This document shows, piece after piece, positions 9,860 to 20,048 of a stretch of DNA of 64,000 bases (position 1 is the stretch's first letter; each line of letters begins with the position of its first letter). The translations under genes were made by a program, and so were the position numbers. The notes below the pieces were generated by a model. That model did not search any database. It saw only the letters and a list, made by a program, of their open reading frames with translations, and was not told the origin of the DNA. The DNA is from Rickettsiales bacterium (GTDB lineage Bacteria > Pseudomonadota > Alphaproteobacteria > Rickettsiales > SXRF01): contig JAJTHB010000012.1 of NCBI GenBank assembly GCA_021299465.1, positions 16,173 through 80,172 of the forward strand, read 5' to 3'.

Positions 9860-10411
9860 ATGAATCCCAAACTCAAATTCGTCCTTGATTTGGGGCCGCT
9901 ACTCGTCTTTTTTTTGGCTTACCGTACCAGTAATTTACTGACAGCCACTGCCGCTCTCATCGTGTTTACGTTAGTGTCGCTTGCCATCACCTATTATTAT
10001 GAAAAGAAAGTGGCCGTGATGCCGCTGGTCTCGGCGATTGCCGTCACGTTCTTCGGCGGCATGACCCTTCTTTTGCAGGATGAGCTGTTCATCAAAATGA
10101 AGCCGACCATCGTGAACTTACTCTTTTCAGCGATTTTACTCGGCGGGCTGTATTTCAAAAAACCGATGCTGAAATACCTGCTCGCCGAAGCGATCAGCCT
10201 CACCGAAATCGGCTGGAACAAACTCTCGCGCAACTGGGGGCTGTATTTTATTTTTCTTGCAGTGCTCAATGAAATTATCTGGCGGAATTTCTCAACCGAT
10301 TTCTGGGTGAATTTTAAAGTGTTCGGCATGTTCACCTGCACCCTGCTTTTCACCGCCAGCCAGATCCCGCTGATGAAGAGGGAGTGGGTGGAGGAAGAAA
10401 CCAAGACATAA
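9860..10411 (+). CDS. yciB: Intracellular septation protein A (YciB/IspZ family)
   Basis: 183 aa, five TM segments, typical N-terminus (KLKFVLDLGPLLVFFLAY). Confidence 0.85.
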   Translation: MNPKLKFVLDLGPLLVFFLAYRTSNLLTATAALIVFTLVSLAITYYYEKKVAVMPLVSAIAVTFFGGMTLLLQDELFIKMKPTIVNLLFSAILLGGLYFKKPMLKYLLAEAISLTEIGWNKLSRNWGLYFIFLAVLNEIIWRNFSTDFWVNFKVFGMFTCTLLFTASQIPLMKREWVEEETKT

Positions 10412-11677
10412 TCAGCTGAGCGCCCTAAAGCCAATATCCCTGCGGCAGAAACCTTCCGGCCAATCGATGAGATCCACTGCGCGGTAAGCGAGCGCCTGTG
10501 CTTCTTTGATGGATCCTGCGACTGCCGTGACGCCCAGAACGCGACCGCCGGTGGCGATGATGCTGCCGTCCTTTCGAGCCGTACCGGCATGGAAGATTTT
10601 CACGCCAGCAAGCGCCCCTGCCTTATCAAGCCCACGAATCACCGAGCCTTTGTCATACGCGCCAGGATAACCTTTCGCCGCCATGACGACGCAGATGGCG
10701 TGTTGTCCTTTATCTTTTTGCGCGGGCAGGGTTTCGAGCTTACCTTCCGCGCAGCTTCTCAGCAGCTCAAACAAATCCCCCTCATAAAGCCGCATCAGGC
10801 TCTGGGTTTCAGGGTCGCCGAAGCGCACATTATATTCAAGGAGTTTGGGACCGCTTTTCGTGAGCATCAACCCGGCAAAGAGCACGCCAGAAAATGGCGC
10901 GCCTTCTTCATTCATGCCATGCAGCGTCGGGGTGATAATCTCGCTCATGACCTGAGTAATGAGCGCATCATCCGCCATGCGAAGCGGGCTGTAGGTGCCC
11001 ATGCCGCCGGTATTGGGGCCGTTATCGCCGTCATAGGCGCGCTTATGATCCTGCGCCGCGCCGAAATAAACGGCCTGCTTGCCATCACACAGCGCAAAGA
11101 AGCTTAGCTCCTCGCCTTCCAGAAATTCTTCGATCACCACTTGCGAGCCACCGGAGATTTTCCCGGAGAACATATCCTCCAGCGCCGCGAGCGCTTCTTT
11201 TTCAGTGCTCGCAATCACGACCCCTTTGCCAGCGGCAAGCCCATCCGCTTTCACCACCAGCGGATAGGATTTTCCGGTAAGGAATTGTTTCGCTTCCGAA
11301 ATATTGTCAAAAAATCCGTAAGCCGCAGTGGGGATGTGATACTTGCGGCAAAGCTCTTTCATGAAGCCTTTAGAGGCCTCTAGCTTTGCGGCCTTGGCCG
11401 AAGGGCCGAACACGTTGATCCCATGGGCGCGAAGGTGATCGGCAAGTCCGTCCACCAGCGGCTGCTCTGGCCCGATCACTACCAGCGCAATAGCTTCTTT
11501 CTTGCAAAACGCCGTGATCTCATCGAAGCTGCCAAGTGCGACGCAGGGTACATCCTCTGCAATTCCCGCATTACCGGGCGAGCAGAAGACACTCGCCACG
11601 CTGGGGGATTGTTTGAGCCGCCAGCAGAGCGCATGTTCGCGCCCGCCAGAGCCGATGATGAGAATGGAATGTGACAT
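10412..11677 (-). CDS. purD: Phosphoribosylamine-glycine ligase
   Basis: ILIIGSGGREHAL, an ATP-grasp core, and GPNTGGMGTYSP. The start was set at MSHSILIIG (ATG complement 11675-11677). The longer ORF to 11785 merely translates an intergenic repeat. Confidence 0.9.
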   Translation of the reverse strand: MSHSILIIGSGGREHALCWRLKQSPSVASVFCSPGNAGIAEDVPCVALGSFDEITAFCKKEAIALVVIGPEQPLVDGLADHLRAHGINVFGPSAKAAKLEASKGFMKELCRKYHIPTAAYGFFDNISEAKQFLTGKSYPLVVKADGLAAGKGVVIASTEKEALAALEDMFSGKISGGSQVVIEEFLEGEELSFFALCDGKQAVYFGAAQDHKRAYDGDNGPNTGGMGTYSPLRMADDALITQVMSEIITPTLHGMNEEGAPFSGVLFAGLMLTKSGPKLLEYNVRFGDPETQSLMRLYEGDLFELLRSCAEGKLETLPAQKDKGQHAICVVMAAKGYPGAYDKGSVIRGLDKAGALAGVKIFHAGTARKDGSIIATGGRVLGVTAVAGSIKEAQALAYRAVDLIDWPEGFCRRDIGFRALS

Positions 11678-11688
11678 AAGGTCTCGAA

Positions 11689-11759
11689 GGTTGCGTAGGT
11701 TTCGCAGGTTGCGTATGCTTAACGTCCGAAACCTACGCAACTTATAAAACCTACGCAAC
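11689..11759. repeat. Four copies of a 13-14 nt motif (2 direct + 2 inverted) filling the purD/xseA divergent intergenic region
   Basis: GGTTGCGTAGGTTT at 11689-11702 and GGTTGCGTA at 11707-11715. The reverse complement AAACCTACGCAAC occurs at 11729-11741 and 11747-11759. The copies can form nested hairpins. Confidence 0.7.
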
Positions 11760-13103
11760 ATGGATCTACAGCACAACCAGCCCATCTATACCGTCAGCGA
11801 AGTATCGCAGGCGATAAAGCGCACGGTGGAAGATCATTTCGGGCTGATCCAGCTGCGCGGGGAAATTTCCGGTTTTAAGCTCCATAGCTCGGGTCATGCC
11901 TATTTCACACTGAAAGATGACGAGGCGGTCATCGACGCCGTGTGTTGGCGCGGAAGTGTCTCCAAGCTAAAATTTAAGGCAGAAGACGGCCTCGAAGTGA
12001 TCGCGACCGGCAAAGTCACCACCTATCCCGGCCGTTCGAAATACCAGATCGTGGTCGATCGCATGGAGCCGGCGGGTGCCGGCGCGCTGATGGCGCTGCT
12101 CGAAAAACGCAAAAAACAGCTAGAGAGCGAAGGGCTATTTGACCCGAAGCGCAAAAAGCAGCTGCCCTACCTGCCGCAGGTGATTGGTGTTATCACCTCG
12201 CCCACCGGCGCGGTGATCCGGGATATCCTGCACCGCTTATCTGATCGTTTCCCGCTACATGTCATCGTCTGGCCGGTCGCAGTGCAGGGCGAGGGCGCGG
12301 CAGAGCAGGTTGCAGAGGCAATTGCGGGTTTTAATGCGCTAAATGAATCATCCATCCCTAAGCCAGATCTTCTTATCGTCGCGCGCGGCGGTGGTTCGAT
12401 CGAGGATTTATGGGCATTTAACGAAGAGATCGTGGTGCGCGCAGCGGCGGATTCTCAGATTCCGCTCATTTCCGCCGTTGGCCATGAAACGGACACCACG
12501 TTGATTGATTATGCTTCTGACCGCCGCGCGCCTACGCCGACCGCCGCTGCTGAGATGGCGGTGCCGGTAAGAAGTGAGCTGATGATGACGCTCGCGCAGC
12601 TGCAGCTACGCATGAGTCAGGGGCAGCAGCAGCGGTTTCACCGGCTTTCGGACAAGCTTGAGGGATTATCGCGCGGTCTGCCAAAGCCGCAGGCGCTGCT
12701 TGAGCAGAAAACCCAGCGCCTCGACGATTGGGCGGAGCGTCTACTGCTGGCGCTGCCACAACTCATCAAGCGCAAGCAGGATACGCTTCATCTACTCGCC
12801 AGCCGACTTCAACCAAGGCTGTTGTTACAGGAAATCGTTTCGGTATCAAAACAAATTTCCGATCTGCATCAGCGAAGCGGTCTTGCCGTCATGCGGTCTT
12901 TGGAAAGGCGCAGCCAAACCTTATCAAGCATTGATAGCCTGCTGGAAGCGCTGAACTACCAGCGTGTGCTGGAGCGCGGCTTTGTTCTTGTGAAATCAGA
13001 AAGCGGCAAGCTCATCACAAAAAGCAAAGAAGCCAGCGGAGAGAAAACGCTTACATTACAATTCTCTGACGGCGATATTACCGCAAGCCCCACGCCTCTT
13101 TAG
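11760..13103 (+). CDS. xseA: Exodeoxyribonuclease VII large subunit
   Basis: N-terminal OB fold (VSEVSQAIKRTVEDHFGLIQLRGEISGF), a catalytic core (ARGGGSIEDLWAFNEE, GHETDTTL) and a C-terminal coiled coil. Confidence 0.9.
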   Translation: MDLQHNQPIYTVSEVSQAIKRTVEDHFGLIQLRGEISGFKLHSSGHAYFTLKDDEAVIDAVCWRGSVSKLKFKAEDGLEVIATGKVTTYPGRSKYQIVVDRMEPAGAGALMALLEKRKKQLESEGLFDPKRKKQLPYLPQVIGVITSPTGAVIRDILHRLSDRFPLHVIVWPVAVQGEGAAEQVAEAIAGFNALNESSIPKPDLLIVARGGGSIEDLWAFNEEIVVRAAADSQIPLISAVGHETDTTLIDYASDRRAPTPTAAAEMAVPVRSELMMTLAQLQLRMSQGQQQRFHRLSDKLEGLSRGLPKPQALLEQKTQRLDDWAERLLLALPQLIKRKQDTLHLLASRLQPRLLLQEIVSVSKQISDLHQRSGLAVMRSLERRSQTLSSIDSLLEALNYQRVLERGFVLVKSESGKLITKSKEASGEKTLTLQFSDGDITASPTPL

Positions 13104-13959
13104 GCCAGCGTTTATGTACCCAGAACCATTGCTCGGGATGCTCGCGAATCCAGCCCTCAACCATGCGGTTGATCGCCAGCATGATCGTGCGCACATCTTT
13201 CTCTTTATCGCCCGTTTTCTCAAAATTAAGCGGTGCGCTAACGATCCCCTTAAAGTGAGCGCCTTTGGTACGCACAACGTGGGCAGGGATAATCGGCAGA
13301 TCAAAACGAAGCGCAAGCTCAGCAATCGCCGTTGCGGTCATGGCGTTATGGCCAAAGAAAGGTAGTGCGATGCCATCATTCATTTTCTGGTCAATCAGCA
13401 TGGCAATGGACTGCTTCGCCCGCAGCGCCCGCATCAAGCCTGCACCGCCCTTCGGGCCTTTGGCAAACTGATCATTGCATTGGCTGGAGCGAAGTGAGCG
13501 AATCATCTCATCGACATAAGGATTATTTGCGTGGCGATAAATCACCGCCAGATTCACCCCATGCCTGAATGCCATTGGCGCGTTAAGCTCCCAGTTAGCC
13601 AGATGCGCTGAGAAAAAAAGCGCTGGTTTTCCGTCTTTTGGGATATGCTCAAGCCCGCTCATCTCCACGCGTGAAAAGAGGCCGCCTGGCAGGTGGGCAA
13701 GCTCGGCAGCCGTACGCCCAAGATTGTCCCACATGGCCGAAAGCAATTTAAATTCTTCATCCCGGGAAAGTTTTGGATAAGCAAGCCTGAGATTTTTTTT
13801 TGCCGTTTGATGCGCCGATAAAAATGGACCGATCGAGCGTGCGATGGTGCCACCGGTAAACGATGCAAGATCAAGCGACATCGTGCGAAACGCGCTGAAC
13901 ACACACTTAAGCAGCAAAGCTTCGATAAAATGTTTGGCATTCATAGCGATGATAGCCAC
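13078..13959 (-). CDS. lpxL: Lipid A biosynthesis late acyltransferase (LpxL/HtrB family)
   Basis: LPLAT fold with HLANWEL (HX4E-type motif). It is the last gene of the lipid A/Kdo operon and overlaps lpxK. Confidence 0.7.
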   Translation of the reverse strand: MAIIAMNAKHFIEALLLKCVFSAFRTMSLDLASFTGGTIARSIGPFLSAHQTAKKNLRLAYPKLSRDEEFKLLSAMWDNLGRTAAELAHLPGGLFSRVEMSGLEHIPKDGKPALFFSAHLANWELNAPMAFRHGVNLAVIYRHANNPYVDEMIRSLRSSQCNDQFAKGPKGGAGLMRALRAKQSIAMLIDQKMNDGIALPFFGHNAMTATAIAELALRFDLPIIPAHVVRTKGAHFKGIVSAPLNFEKTGDKEKDVRTIMLAINRMVEGWIREHPEQWFWVHKRWPKEAWGLR

Positions 13960-14915
13960 TCCTCAAACGCTTGTTTCTCGCCAAGCACTAACTCAATCGA
14001 AAGCACTGAAATCCCTTCGCGATGCGCCTGCGGCAGGCGCACAAAATCTTTGGCGGTGGTAATCAGCTGCGCGCCGTGGGCATCGGCCATGCGCTTCAGG
14101 CTGGCAATATCTTCTGGTGTGTAAGGATAGTGATCGGCAAAGCTGCGTGTGGCCATCACATGACCGCCGAGATTATGCAGGGTGCCGAAGAATTTATGCG
14201 GATAAGCAAGCCCACAAAATGCAACCCAGCGTTTATTGTGTACGAAGCTACTTTCTACTGGTTGGCTGATGGCGGTGAAGATGGGCTTAGTATTTTGTGC
14301 TTCGTGCTTTGGAAGTGAGAAGTTTTCGGTAGGATTCACGATAAATAATGCATCGACTTTACCTAGTGTTTCCTTAACCGGCGCGCGCAAAGGGCCAGCG
14401 GGAATCAAAAAGCCATTGCCAAATCCGACACTGCCATCGATGACCAGAATCGATCTTGTTTTGGAGAGGCCTGGATTATGAAGCCCGTCGTCCATGATGA
14501 TCAGTTCTGCGCCCTGTGAAACAGCAAGCTCAGCACCGGCTTTTCGATCAGCAGCCACAATTGTGGGCAGCACAAGAGCGAGCATGAGCGGCTCATCCCC
14601 GACATCAGACGCGGTATGTTTTGACGGATTGACGATGGTTGGCTCTTTGGCGCCCCCTCCATAACCGCGGCTTAAGAAAAATGCTTTTTTGCCACGGTTT
14701 TTCATCCACTCGCCAATGTAAAGCGCAAGCGGCGTTTTACCAGCGCCACCAGCGGTAATGCCGCCGATGCACAGCACCGGTACCGGCGCCTGATAGCTTC
14801 TTACTACATGCTTGTTCTTAAAACGGCGCGCTGTGTCATAAAGCCATGCAAAAGGAAGCAGCGCATAAGCTTGCCAGCCACGTTCACCCCAGAAGTTTGG
14901 TGTGCTAAAACTCAT
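13941..14915 (-). CDS. lpxK: Tetraacyldisaccharide 4'-kinase
   Basis: P-loop (VLCIGGITAGGAGKTP), RGYGG and GDEP motifs. Confidence 0.85.
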   Translation of the reverse strand: MSFSTPNFWGERGWQAYALLPFAWLYDTARRFKNKHVVRSYQAPVPVLCIGGITAGGAGKTPLALYIGEWMKNRGKKAFFLSRGYGGGAKEPTIVNPSKHTASDVGDEPLMLALVLPTIVAADRKAGAELAVSQGAELIIMDDGLHNPGLSKTRSILVIDGSVGFGNGFLIPAGPLRAPVKETLGKVDALFIVNPTENFSLPKHEAQNTKPIFTAISQPVESSFVHNKRWVAFCGLAYPHKFFGTLHNLGGHVMATRSFADHYPYTPEDIASLKRMADAHGAQLITTAKDFVRLPQAHREGISVLSIELVLGEKQAFEEWLSSL

Positions 14916-16210
14916 GCGGCCAGCACTCCCAGAACCGGTAGCAAGCGATCGACATGCGCCTGTGCACTGCCGGCATGATCTTCAACATAATATTTGGCAT
15001 TTCGCCCGAGCTGCGCGCGCTTGCCGCTGTCGCGAAGCAAGCCATCAACGCAGGCAGCAAGTTCTGTGCCCGAGCTGATCATCAGGCAGGCCTGATGATC
15101 GGCAAGCTCACGGTAAATATCCGTGAAATTATGCACATGCGGTCCGCTGATAATCGCACATGTTAGCCGTGCCGGTTCCAGCGGGTTTTGACCGCCATGC
15201 TGGGCGATGGAGCCACCCATAAACACCAGTTCGCTTAAACGATAAAACAGGCCAAGCTCGCCCATCGTATCTGCAAGGTAGAAATTCGTATCACCAGTAA
15301 TGGCCTCTTTTTTTGAACGCTGGGCAGCTTTGCCATGACGGCGCAGAAGTGAACATAGCTCTGCGCCACGTGTGGCATGGCGCGGCACGATGATCGTGAG
15401 CAGGTTCGGGCGCGTCGCGGCAAGCAGCTTATGCGTTTTGATGATATGCTCTTCTTCGCCAGAATGTGTGCTTGCGGCAAGCCAGACGGGCCGGCTGCCA
15501 ATCTGGTTTCGCATAACGGCAAGCTCCGCTTCATCGCAGCCAAGCTCCAGCGCATCATATTTGAGATTGCCTAGCTCCAGCACCCGCTTTGCGCCCAGCT
15601 GCTTGTAGCGCGCCGCATCATCCTTACTGCCTGCGAATACGACATTAAAGCAATGCATCAGCTCGCGGATCATTGCCGGCTTTTTGTTCCATGACCGGAA
15701 TGAATTATCAGACATTCGTCCGTTCAGAATACCAAGAAAACAGCTGTAGCGATCAGCAGCGATAATCAGATTTGGCCAGAGTTCTGATTCCACAAAAAAT
15801 GCGGCTTCCGGTTTCCAATGGCGTATGAAGCGCGCGGTGATATCCGGCGTATCGAGCGGTGCGTATTGATGAATCACGTCCTCTGGCAGCCTGCTTTTCA
15901 TCAGCTCGGCAGAACTCACCGTGCCGGTGGTCATGAGTAAATTCGCAGCAGGTAGTTGCTCGCGCAGCAGCCGCATCAAAAGCAAAACCGAATTTGCTTC
16001 GCCAACACTCGCCGCATGTATCCAGATCAATAAGCCGCTTGGCCGTTTCTGTGACGCATAACCAAAGCGCTCTTTAAGGCGTACGGGATCTTCCTTGCCG
16101 CGCAGTTGGCGAAATTTGATCCACAAAATAATGAGTGGTTCAGCCAGATCGGTGATCATACGGTATGTACTAAGCGGCAAAGACGCCATCGGCTCCATCC
16201 ACCAGTTCAT
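14912..16210 (-). CDS. waaA: 3-deoxy-D-manno-octulosonic acid (Kdo) transferase
   Basis: WIHAASVGE motif and a GT30 C-terminal domain (GGSIAQHGGQNPLEPA). The true start may be an internal Met (around 16189), because the longest ORF overlaps the upstream gene by 41 nt. Confidence 0.85.
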   Translation of the reverse strand: MNWWMEPMASLPLSTYRMITDLAEPLIILWIKFRQLRGKEDPVRLKERFGYASQKRPSGLLIWIHAASVGEANSVLLLMRLLREQLPAANLLMTTGTVSSAELMKSRLPEDVIHQYAPLDTPDITARFIRHWKPEAAFFVESELWPNLIIAADRYSCFLGILNGRMSDNSFRSWNKKPAMIRELMHCFNVVFAGSKDDAARYKQLGAKRVLELGNLKYDALELGCDEAELAVMRNQIGSRPVWLAASTHSGEEEHIIKTHKLLAATRPNLLTIIVPRHATRGAELCSLLRRHGKAAQRSKKEAITGDTNFYLADTMGELGLFYRLSELVFMGGSIAQHGGQNPLEPARLTCAIISGPHVHNFTDIYRELADHQACLMISSGTELAACVDGLLRDSGKRAQLGRNAKYYVEDHAGSAQAHVDRLLPVLGVLAA

Positions 16211-16832
16211 TCATCGCGCGCTCGATTTGCTGGCGAGCCGCCTCTTCATCGCCCTGTTCTACCATGATCGGCGCGCCAACGCAAAACGCAATCCGCCCAA
16301 ACGGTAGTGCCAGCATGAAGCGATCCCAGCTTTTCAGGCGCTTCACATGATCGGAAGAAAAGGTCACCGGCAAGACCGGCTTTTTCGAAAGCCGCGCGAT
16401 GGTGACCACGCCCATCGCCGCTTCCTGAAAGGGACCGCGCGGACCATCCGGTGTGATCGAAATGTTATCGCCTGCTTTGATTGCGCGCAGGATGACCTTG
16501 ACCGCCTCAGAGCCGCCTTTACTCGATGAGCCGACAATCGTGTCTTGATTGAAATGCTTAATAACCGATGAAATGAGCTTGCCGTCGCGATGCTCGGAAA
16601 TAAGCACATGCATCGCTCGCCCAGGCGGACAGATGGTAGGACACAGCATCATGCGGCCATGCCAGAAGGCAAAAATCGCATTGCGCTCCCCGCGCATGTA
16701 GGGCAGGGCGAGATTATCATAAATAAATTTTTTACGGCTCGTGACAAAAACGAAACGAATATAAGAAGCAAAAAACCATGCCAGCAGCGCTTGGGTAAAT
16801 GGATGTTTGACCAGACGTTTATCAAGGCGCAT
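16170..16832 (-). CDS. DUF374-type lysophospholipid acyltransferase-like protein
   Basis: FAFWHGRM...SEHRDG...ITPDGPRGP. This is the conserved position between msbA and waaA. Confidence 0.75.
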   Translation of the reverse strand: MRLDKRLVKHPFTQALLAWFFASYIRFVFVTSRKKFIYDNLALPYMRGERNAIFAFWHGRMMLCPTICPPGRAMHVLISEHRDGKLISSVIKHFNQDTIVGSSSKGGSEAVKVILRAIKAGDNISITPDGPRGPFQEAAMGVVTIARLSKKPVLPVTFSSDHVKRLKSWDRFMLALPFGRIAFCVGAPIMVEQGDEEAARQQIERAMNELVDGADGVFAA

Positions 16833-18583
16833 TAGCTTGCTGCCTTCGTAAATTGTTCGCCATAAAGCTGGTAATATTTACCTTTACCCGCCAGTAAGCT
16901 TGCATGGCTGCCGCTTTCCAGAATGCGGCCATGCTCGAGCACATAAATCAGATCGGCGCTAACGATCGTCGATAGGCGATGTGCGATGACGAGCGTGGTG
17001 CGACCTTTCATGAGGCTACCCAGCGCATCTTGAATCGCTCGCTCGGATTCATTATCAAGCGACGAAGTTGCTTCATCGAGCAGTAGAATAGGTGCGTTCT
17101 TGAGTATGGCGCGCGCAATCGCAAGGCGCTGGCGCTGGCCGCCGGAAAGCCGTACGCCGTGCGAACCGATCATGGTGCCATAGCCCTCTGGCAGGCTCAT
17201 GATGAAGTCATGCGCGCTTGCGTGTTTTGCGGCGCTTATAATCTCTTCTTCCGTTGCACCCTCTCGCCCATAAGCGATGTTCGCACGTACCGTATCGTCA
17301 AAGAGCATCGATTCCTGAGGCACCAGGGCGATGGCCTCGCGCAGGCTATGGAGTGTGACAGAGCGAATATCCTCGCCATCAATGGTGATGCGACCTGCAT
17401 CAACATCATAAAAACGAAGCAGCAGATTCACGAGCGTTGATTTGCCGCCGCCGGAAAGCCCAACGAGCGCCACGGTTTTTCCGGCTGGCACATGAAGGTT
17501 GATGTCATGCACACCATGCCCGCCGCTATAGGCAAACGACACATGTTTGAAGCAGACCTCGCCGCCGTTAATCGCAAGTGGTTTCGCATCCTTCGCATCG
17601 GTAATGGCTGGCGGCGTATCCAGCACCGCAAACAGGCGGCTCGCCGCAGCGAGACCTTCCTGCATCACGGCATTAAGGCCGGTCATGGCGCGCACCGGCC
17701 GGTAGGCCATGAGAAAGGCGGCGATGAAGGAAAAAAATGCGCCCGGAGTAATGACCCCATCCATGACTTGACGTCCGCCATACCAGATCACAAGCGCAAT
17801 CGATGCTCCGCTGATCATCTCCATCATTGGCGTCGAAAACGCACCGCGCCTGGCAGCCTTGTAATAGAGCTTAAACAGCGATTCGATGATGCCGCCAGCG
17901 CGGCTGGTTTCAAAGGACTCGCGGTTATACGACTTTACGGTGCGCACGCCGGAAAAAATTTCCTCGAGTGTTGCGGTAAACTCGCCCAGTTCAGCCTGGG
18001 TCTTATCTGATATTTTACGAAGCGATTTACCAAGCTTGATAATGGGCAGCACCGCTATCAGGAAAATTGGCATAGCGACCAGCGCGAGGGTAGCATTTTG
18101 GTAAACCATCACGCCCACCAGAAAAATAAGGCATACGCTTTCTTTCACCAGCGAGGTCAGCGCGGTGGTAAAGGCGCTGCGCATCATGTTGATATCGTTG
18201 GTGAAGCGCGAAATAAGCCGGCCAGCGGATTCGTGATGAAAGAGGCTTAAGTCCGCGCGCATCAAATGGCTAAACAGCCGCGTCTGGATATCTGCGACCA
18301 GGCGCTGCCCAACATAGCGCATGGTGACGAGATTTCCGTAGTTTGCTGCCGCTCCCATCACACCCACGCAAAAGACTGCCAGCGGAATGATGAGGAGCAT
18401 ATCGCGGTTTTTGGCGATGAAAATTTGATCCAGCGCTGGTTGCATCATCCAGGCGTTAGTCGCTGTTGCACCAGCAACGACCAGCATGCACAGCATCGCA
18501 AACACAACCTTGCCGCGGTAAGGCTTGATATGCTCACCAAGCAGGCGACGGATGAGGGACGAGCTTTTGGTGGGCAAACTCAT
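16832..18583 (-). CDS. msbA: Lipid A export ABC transporter (fused permease/ATPase), MsbA-like
   Basis: Six-TM ABC exporter domain, Walker A (GLSGGGKST), signature (LSGGQRQR) and Walker B (ILLLDEATS). The lipid A operon context supports the call. Confidence 0.8.
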   Translation of the reverse strand: MSLPTKSSSLIRRLLGEHIKPYRGKVVFAMLCMLVVAGATATNAWMMQPALDQIFIAKNRDMLLIIPLAVFCVGVMGAAANYGNLVTMRYVGQRLVADIQTRLFSHLMRADLSLFHHESAGRLISRFTNDINMMRSAFTTALTSLVKESVCLIFLVGVMVYQNATLALVAMPIFLIAVLPIIKLGKSLRKISDKTQAELGEFTATLEEIFSGVRTVKSYNRESFETSRAGGIIESLFKLYYKAARRGAFSTPMMEMISGASIALVIWYGGRQVMDGVITPGAFFSFIAAFLMAYRPVRAMTGLNAVMQEGLAAASRLFAVLDTPPAITDAKDAKPLAINGGEVCFKHVSFAYSGGHGVHDINLHVPAGKTVALVGLSGGGKSTLVNLLLRFYDVDAGRITIDGEDIRSVTLHSLREAIALVPQESMLFDDTVRANIAYGREGATEEEIISAAKHASAHDFIMSLPEGYGTMIGSHGVRLSGGQRQRLAIARAILKNAPILLLDEATSSLDNESERAIQDALGSLMKGRTTLVIAHRLSTIVSADLIYVLEHGRILESGSHASLLAGKGKYYQLYGEQFTKAAS

Positions 18584-19926
18584 GCTCCGGCAATCGTCAT
18601 ACGGGGGATGAAAAAGGTTGGCGCGTTGGTGGCGTAGCGAAACGCCAGATCATTTGCGGGCGAAAGACCCATCAGCATATCCTGCAGCCTTCCGGCAATC
18701 GTGATCTCGGAAACCGGATAGGCAATTTCGCCGCGCTCAATCCAAAACCCCGCCGCGCCCTGACTATAATCGCCGGTCACCAGATTCACCCCCATACCGA
18801 AAGTTTCGGTTAGGTACAGCCCGCTTTGAATATCAGCTATTAATTCCGCAGGTGAAATGGTCCCGTTTTCCATGTATAGGTTGGTGGAAGAAGGCGAGGG
18901 GGCCGACGCGATGCCGCGCGAGGCATGGCCGGTTGTTTTCATCTCCAACTTACTTGCGCTCCTGATATCAAGCAGCCAGCTGGCAAGCACGCCATTTTGT
19001 ACCAGCGCCAGCTTCTTGCCAGCCACGGCTTCACCATCAAACGGTTTGGAACCAAGGCCGCGCGGAAGGTGGGGGTCATCGATGATACTTATGTTTTTAC
19101 TTGCGATCACCTTGCCTAAACTATCTTTCAGAAAACTTGCCCCACGCACAACCGATGCGCCAGAAGCGGCGCTCGCAAGAATCCCAACGAGCTGCTTGCC
19201 CACACGCGGATCAAACACCACCGGCACTTCGCAGGTGGTTACTTTACGGGGATTAAGACGCCTTACCGCCCGCTCACCGGCTTCTTTGCCGATGGCCTGA
19301 GGAAGCGATAGATCTGCTCGGTGGCGTGTACTGCTATAGTCGTAATCACGCTCCATCTCGGTGCCACTGCCGGCCAGTACAGAAACTGATAATGACAGGT
19401 GGCTGGATGGATAGCTCTGCGCGAAATCAAGATCACTTTCTTTGGCAATGGCAAGGCTGATACGGCTGGCATTATAATGCGCCTCGGCGCCTTCAGAATT
19501 CATCACGCCAGTTATGCCCAGTGCTGCATCTTCGGCTTCTTTACAACGCTCAATAAACCAGTTCGCTGCCGGTTCCTCTGCGTCATAGAGATCAAGCGAG
19601 GGTATCGCTTTCGGATAAAGTGAGGGATCAGCAAGCCCTGCATCGGGATCGGCCGGGGCAAGCTTTGCCATGGCAACCGCGCGCTCCGCAGCTTCGCCAA
19701 GTGCCGCTGGCGATAAATCGGTGGTAGAGACAATGGCCTGCTGCATGCCGACAAAAGCGCGAAGCCCGAGCGCTTTGCTTTCTGAGCGTTCCAAGCCCTC
19801 CGGCTTTCCCAGACGGCAGGAATGGCTGATATCCGTGCTTTCAAACAGCACAGCATCACAAGCCGTGGCGCCCAAGCGTTTAGCGGCGGCAAGCGCACTC
19901 GCCAGCGTATCAAGTGAAGAAGACAT
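18580..19926 (-). CDS. pmbA: TldD/PmbA-family metalloprotease
   Basis: 448 aa with full-length TldD/PmbA architecture (C-terminal GFWIERGEIAYPV motif). Its stop overlaps the msbA start. Confidence 0.75.
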   Translation of the reverse strand: MSSSLDTLASALAAAKRLGATACDAVLFESTDISHSCRLGKPEGLERSESKALGLRAFVGMQQAIVSTTDLSPAALGEAAERAVAMAKLAPADPDAGLADPSLYPKAIPSLDLYDAEEPAANWFIERCKEAEDAALGITGVMNSEGAEAHYNASRISLAIAKESDLDFAQSYPSSHLSLSVSVLAGSGTEMERDYDYSSTRHRADLSLPQAIGKEAGERAVRRLNPRKVTTCEVPVVFDPRVGKQLVGILASAASGASVVRGASFLKDSLGKVIASKNISIIDDPHLPRGLGSKPFDGEAVAGKKLALVQNGVLASWLLDIRSASKLEMKTTGHASRGIASAPSPSSTNLYMENGTISPAELIADIQSGLYLTETFGMGVNLVTGDYSQGAAGFWIERGEIAYPVSEITIAGRLQDMLMGLSPANDLAFRYATNAPTFFIPRMTIAGA

Positions 19927-20048
19927 CGCACTGCTCTAAAGGATATTATGCATTTTCGCAACGCTTCACAAAAAAGCATCTAAGAAAACCTGGTTTTTTT
20001 ATCATCATGTTGCGTAAATGCCGGAAGCTGACTACTATACCTTGCGTT

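Noticed and set aside
11678-11785. N-terminal extension of the purD ORF (MGWLCC...SIRNLRNLRNLRDL).
   Set aside because: The periodic LRN sequence is simply the translation of the intergenic 13-nt repeats. PurD homology starts at MSHSILIIGSGG (ATG at 11675-11677), and the extension would overlap the xseA start.
19914-20048. The longest form of the 175-aa ORF, starting at 19914.
   Set aside because: That start overlaps the divergent pmbA start codon region, and the first 45 residues are basic junk. An internal Met (20007 or 20049) preceding the TM helix is more plausible. Even so, the gene is only weakly supported.
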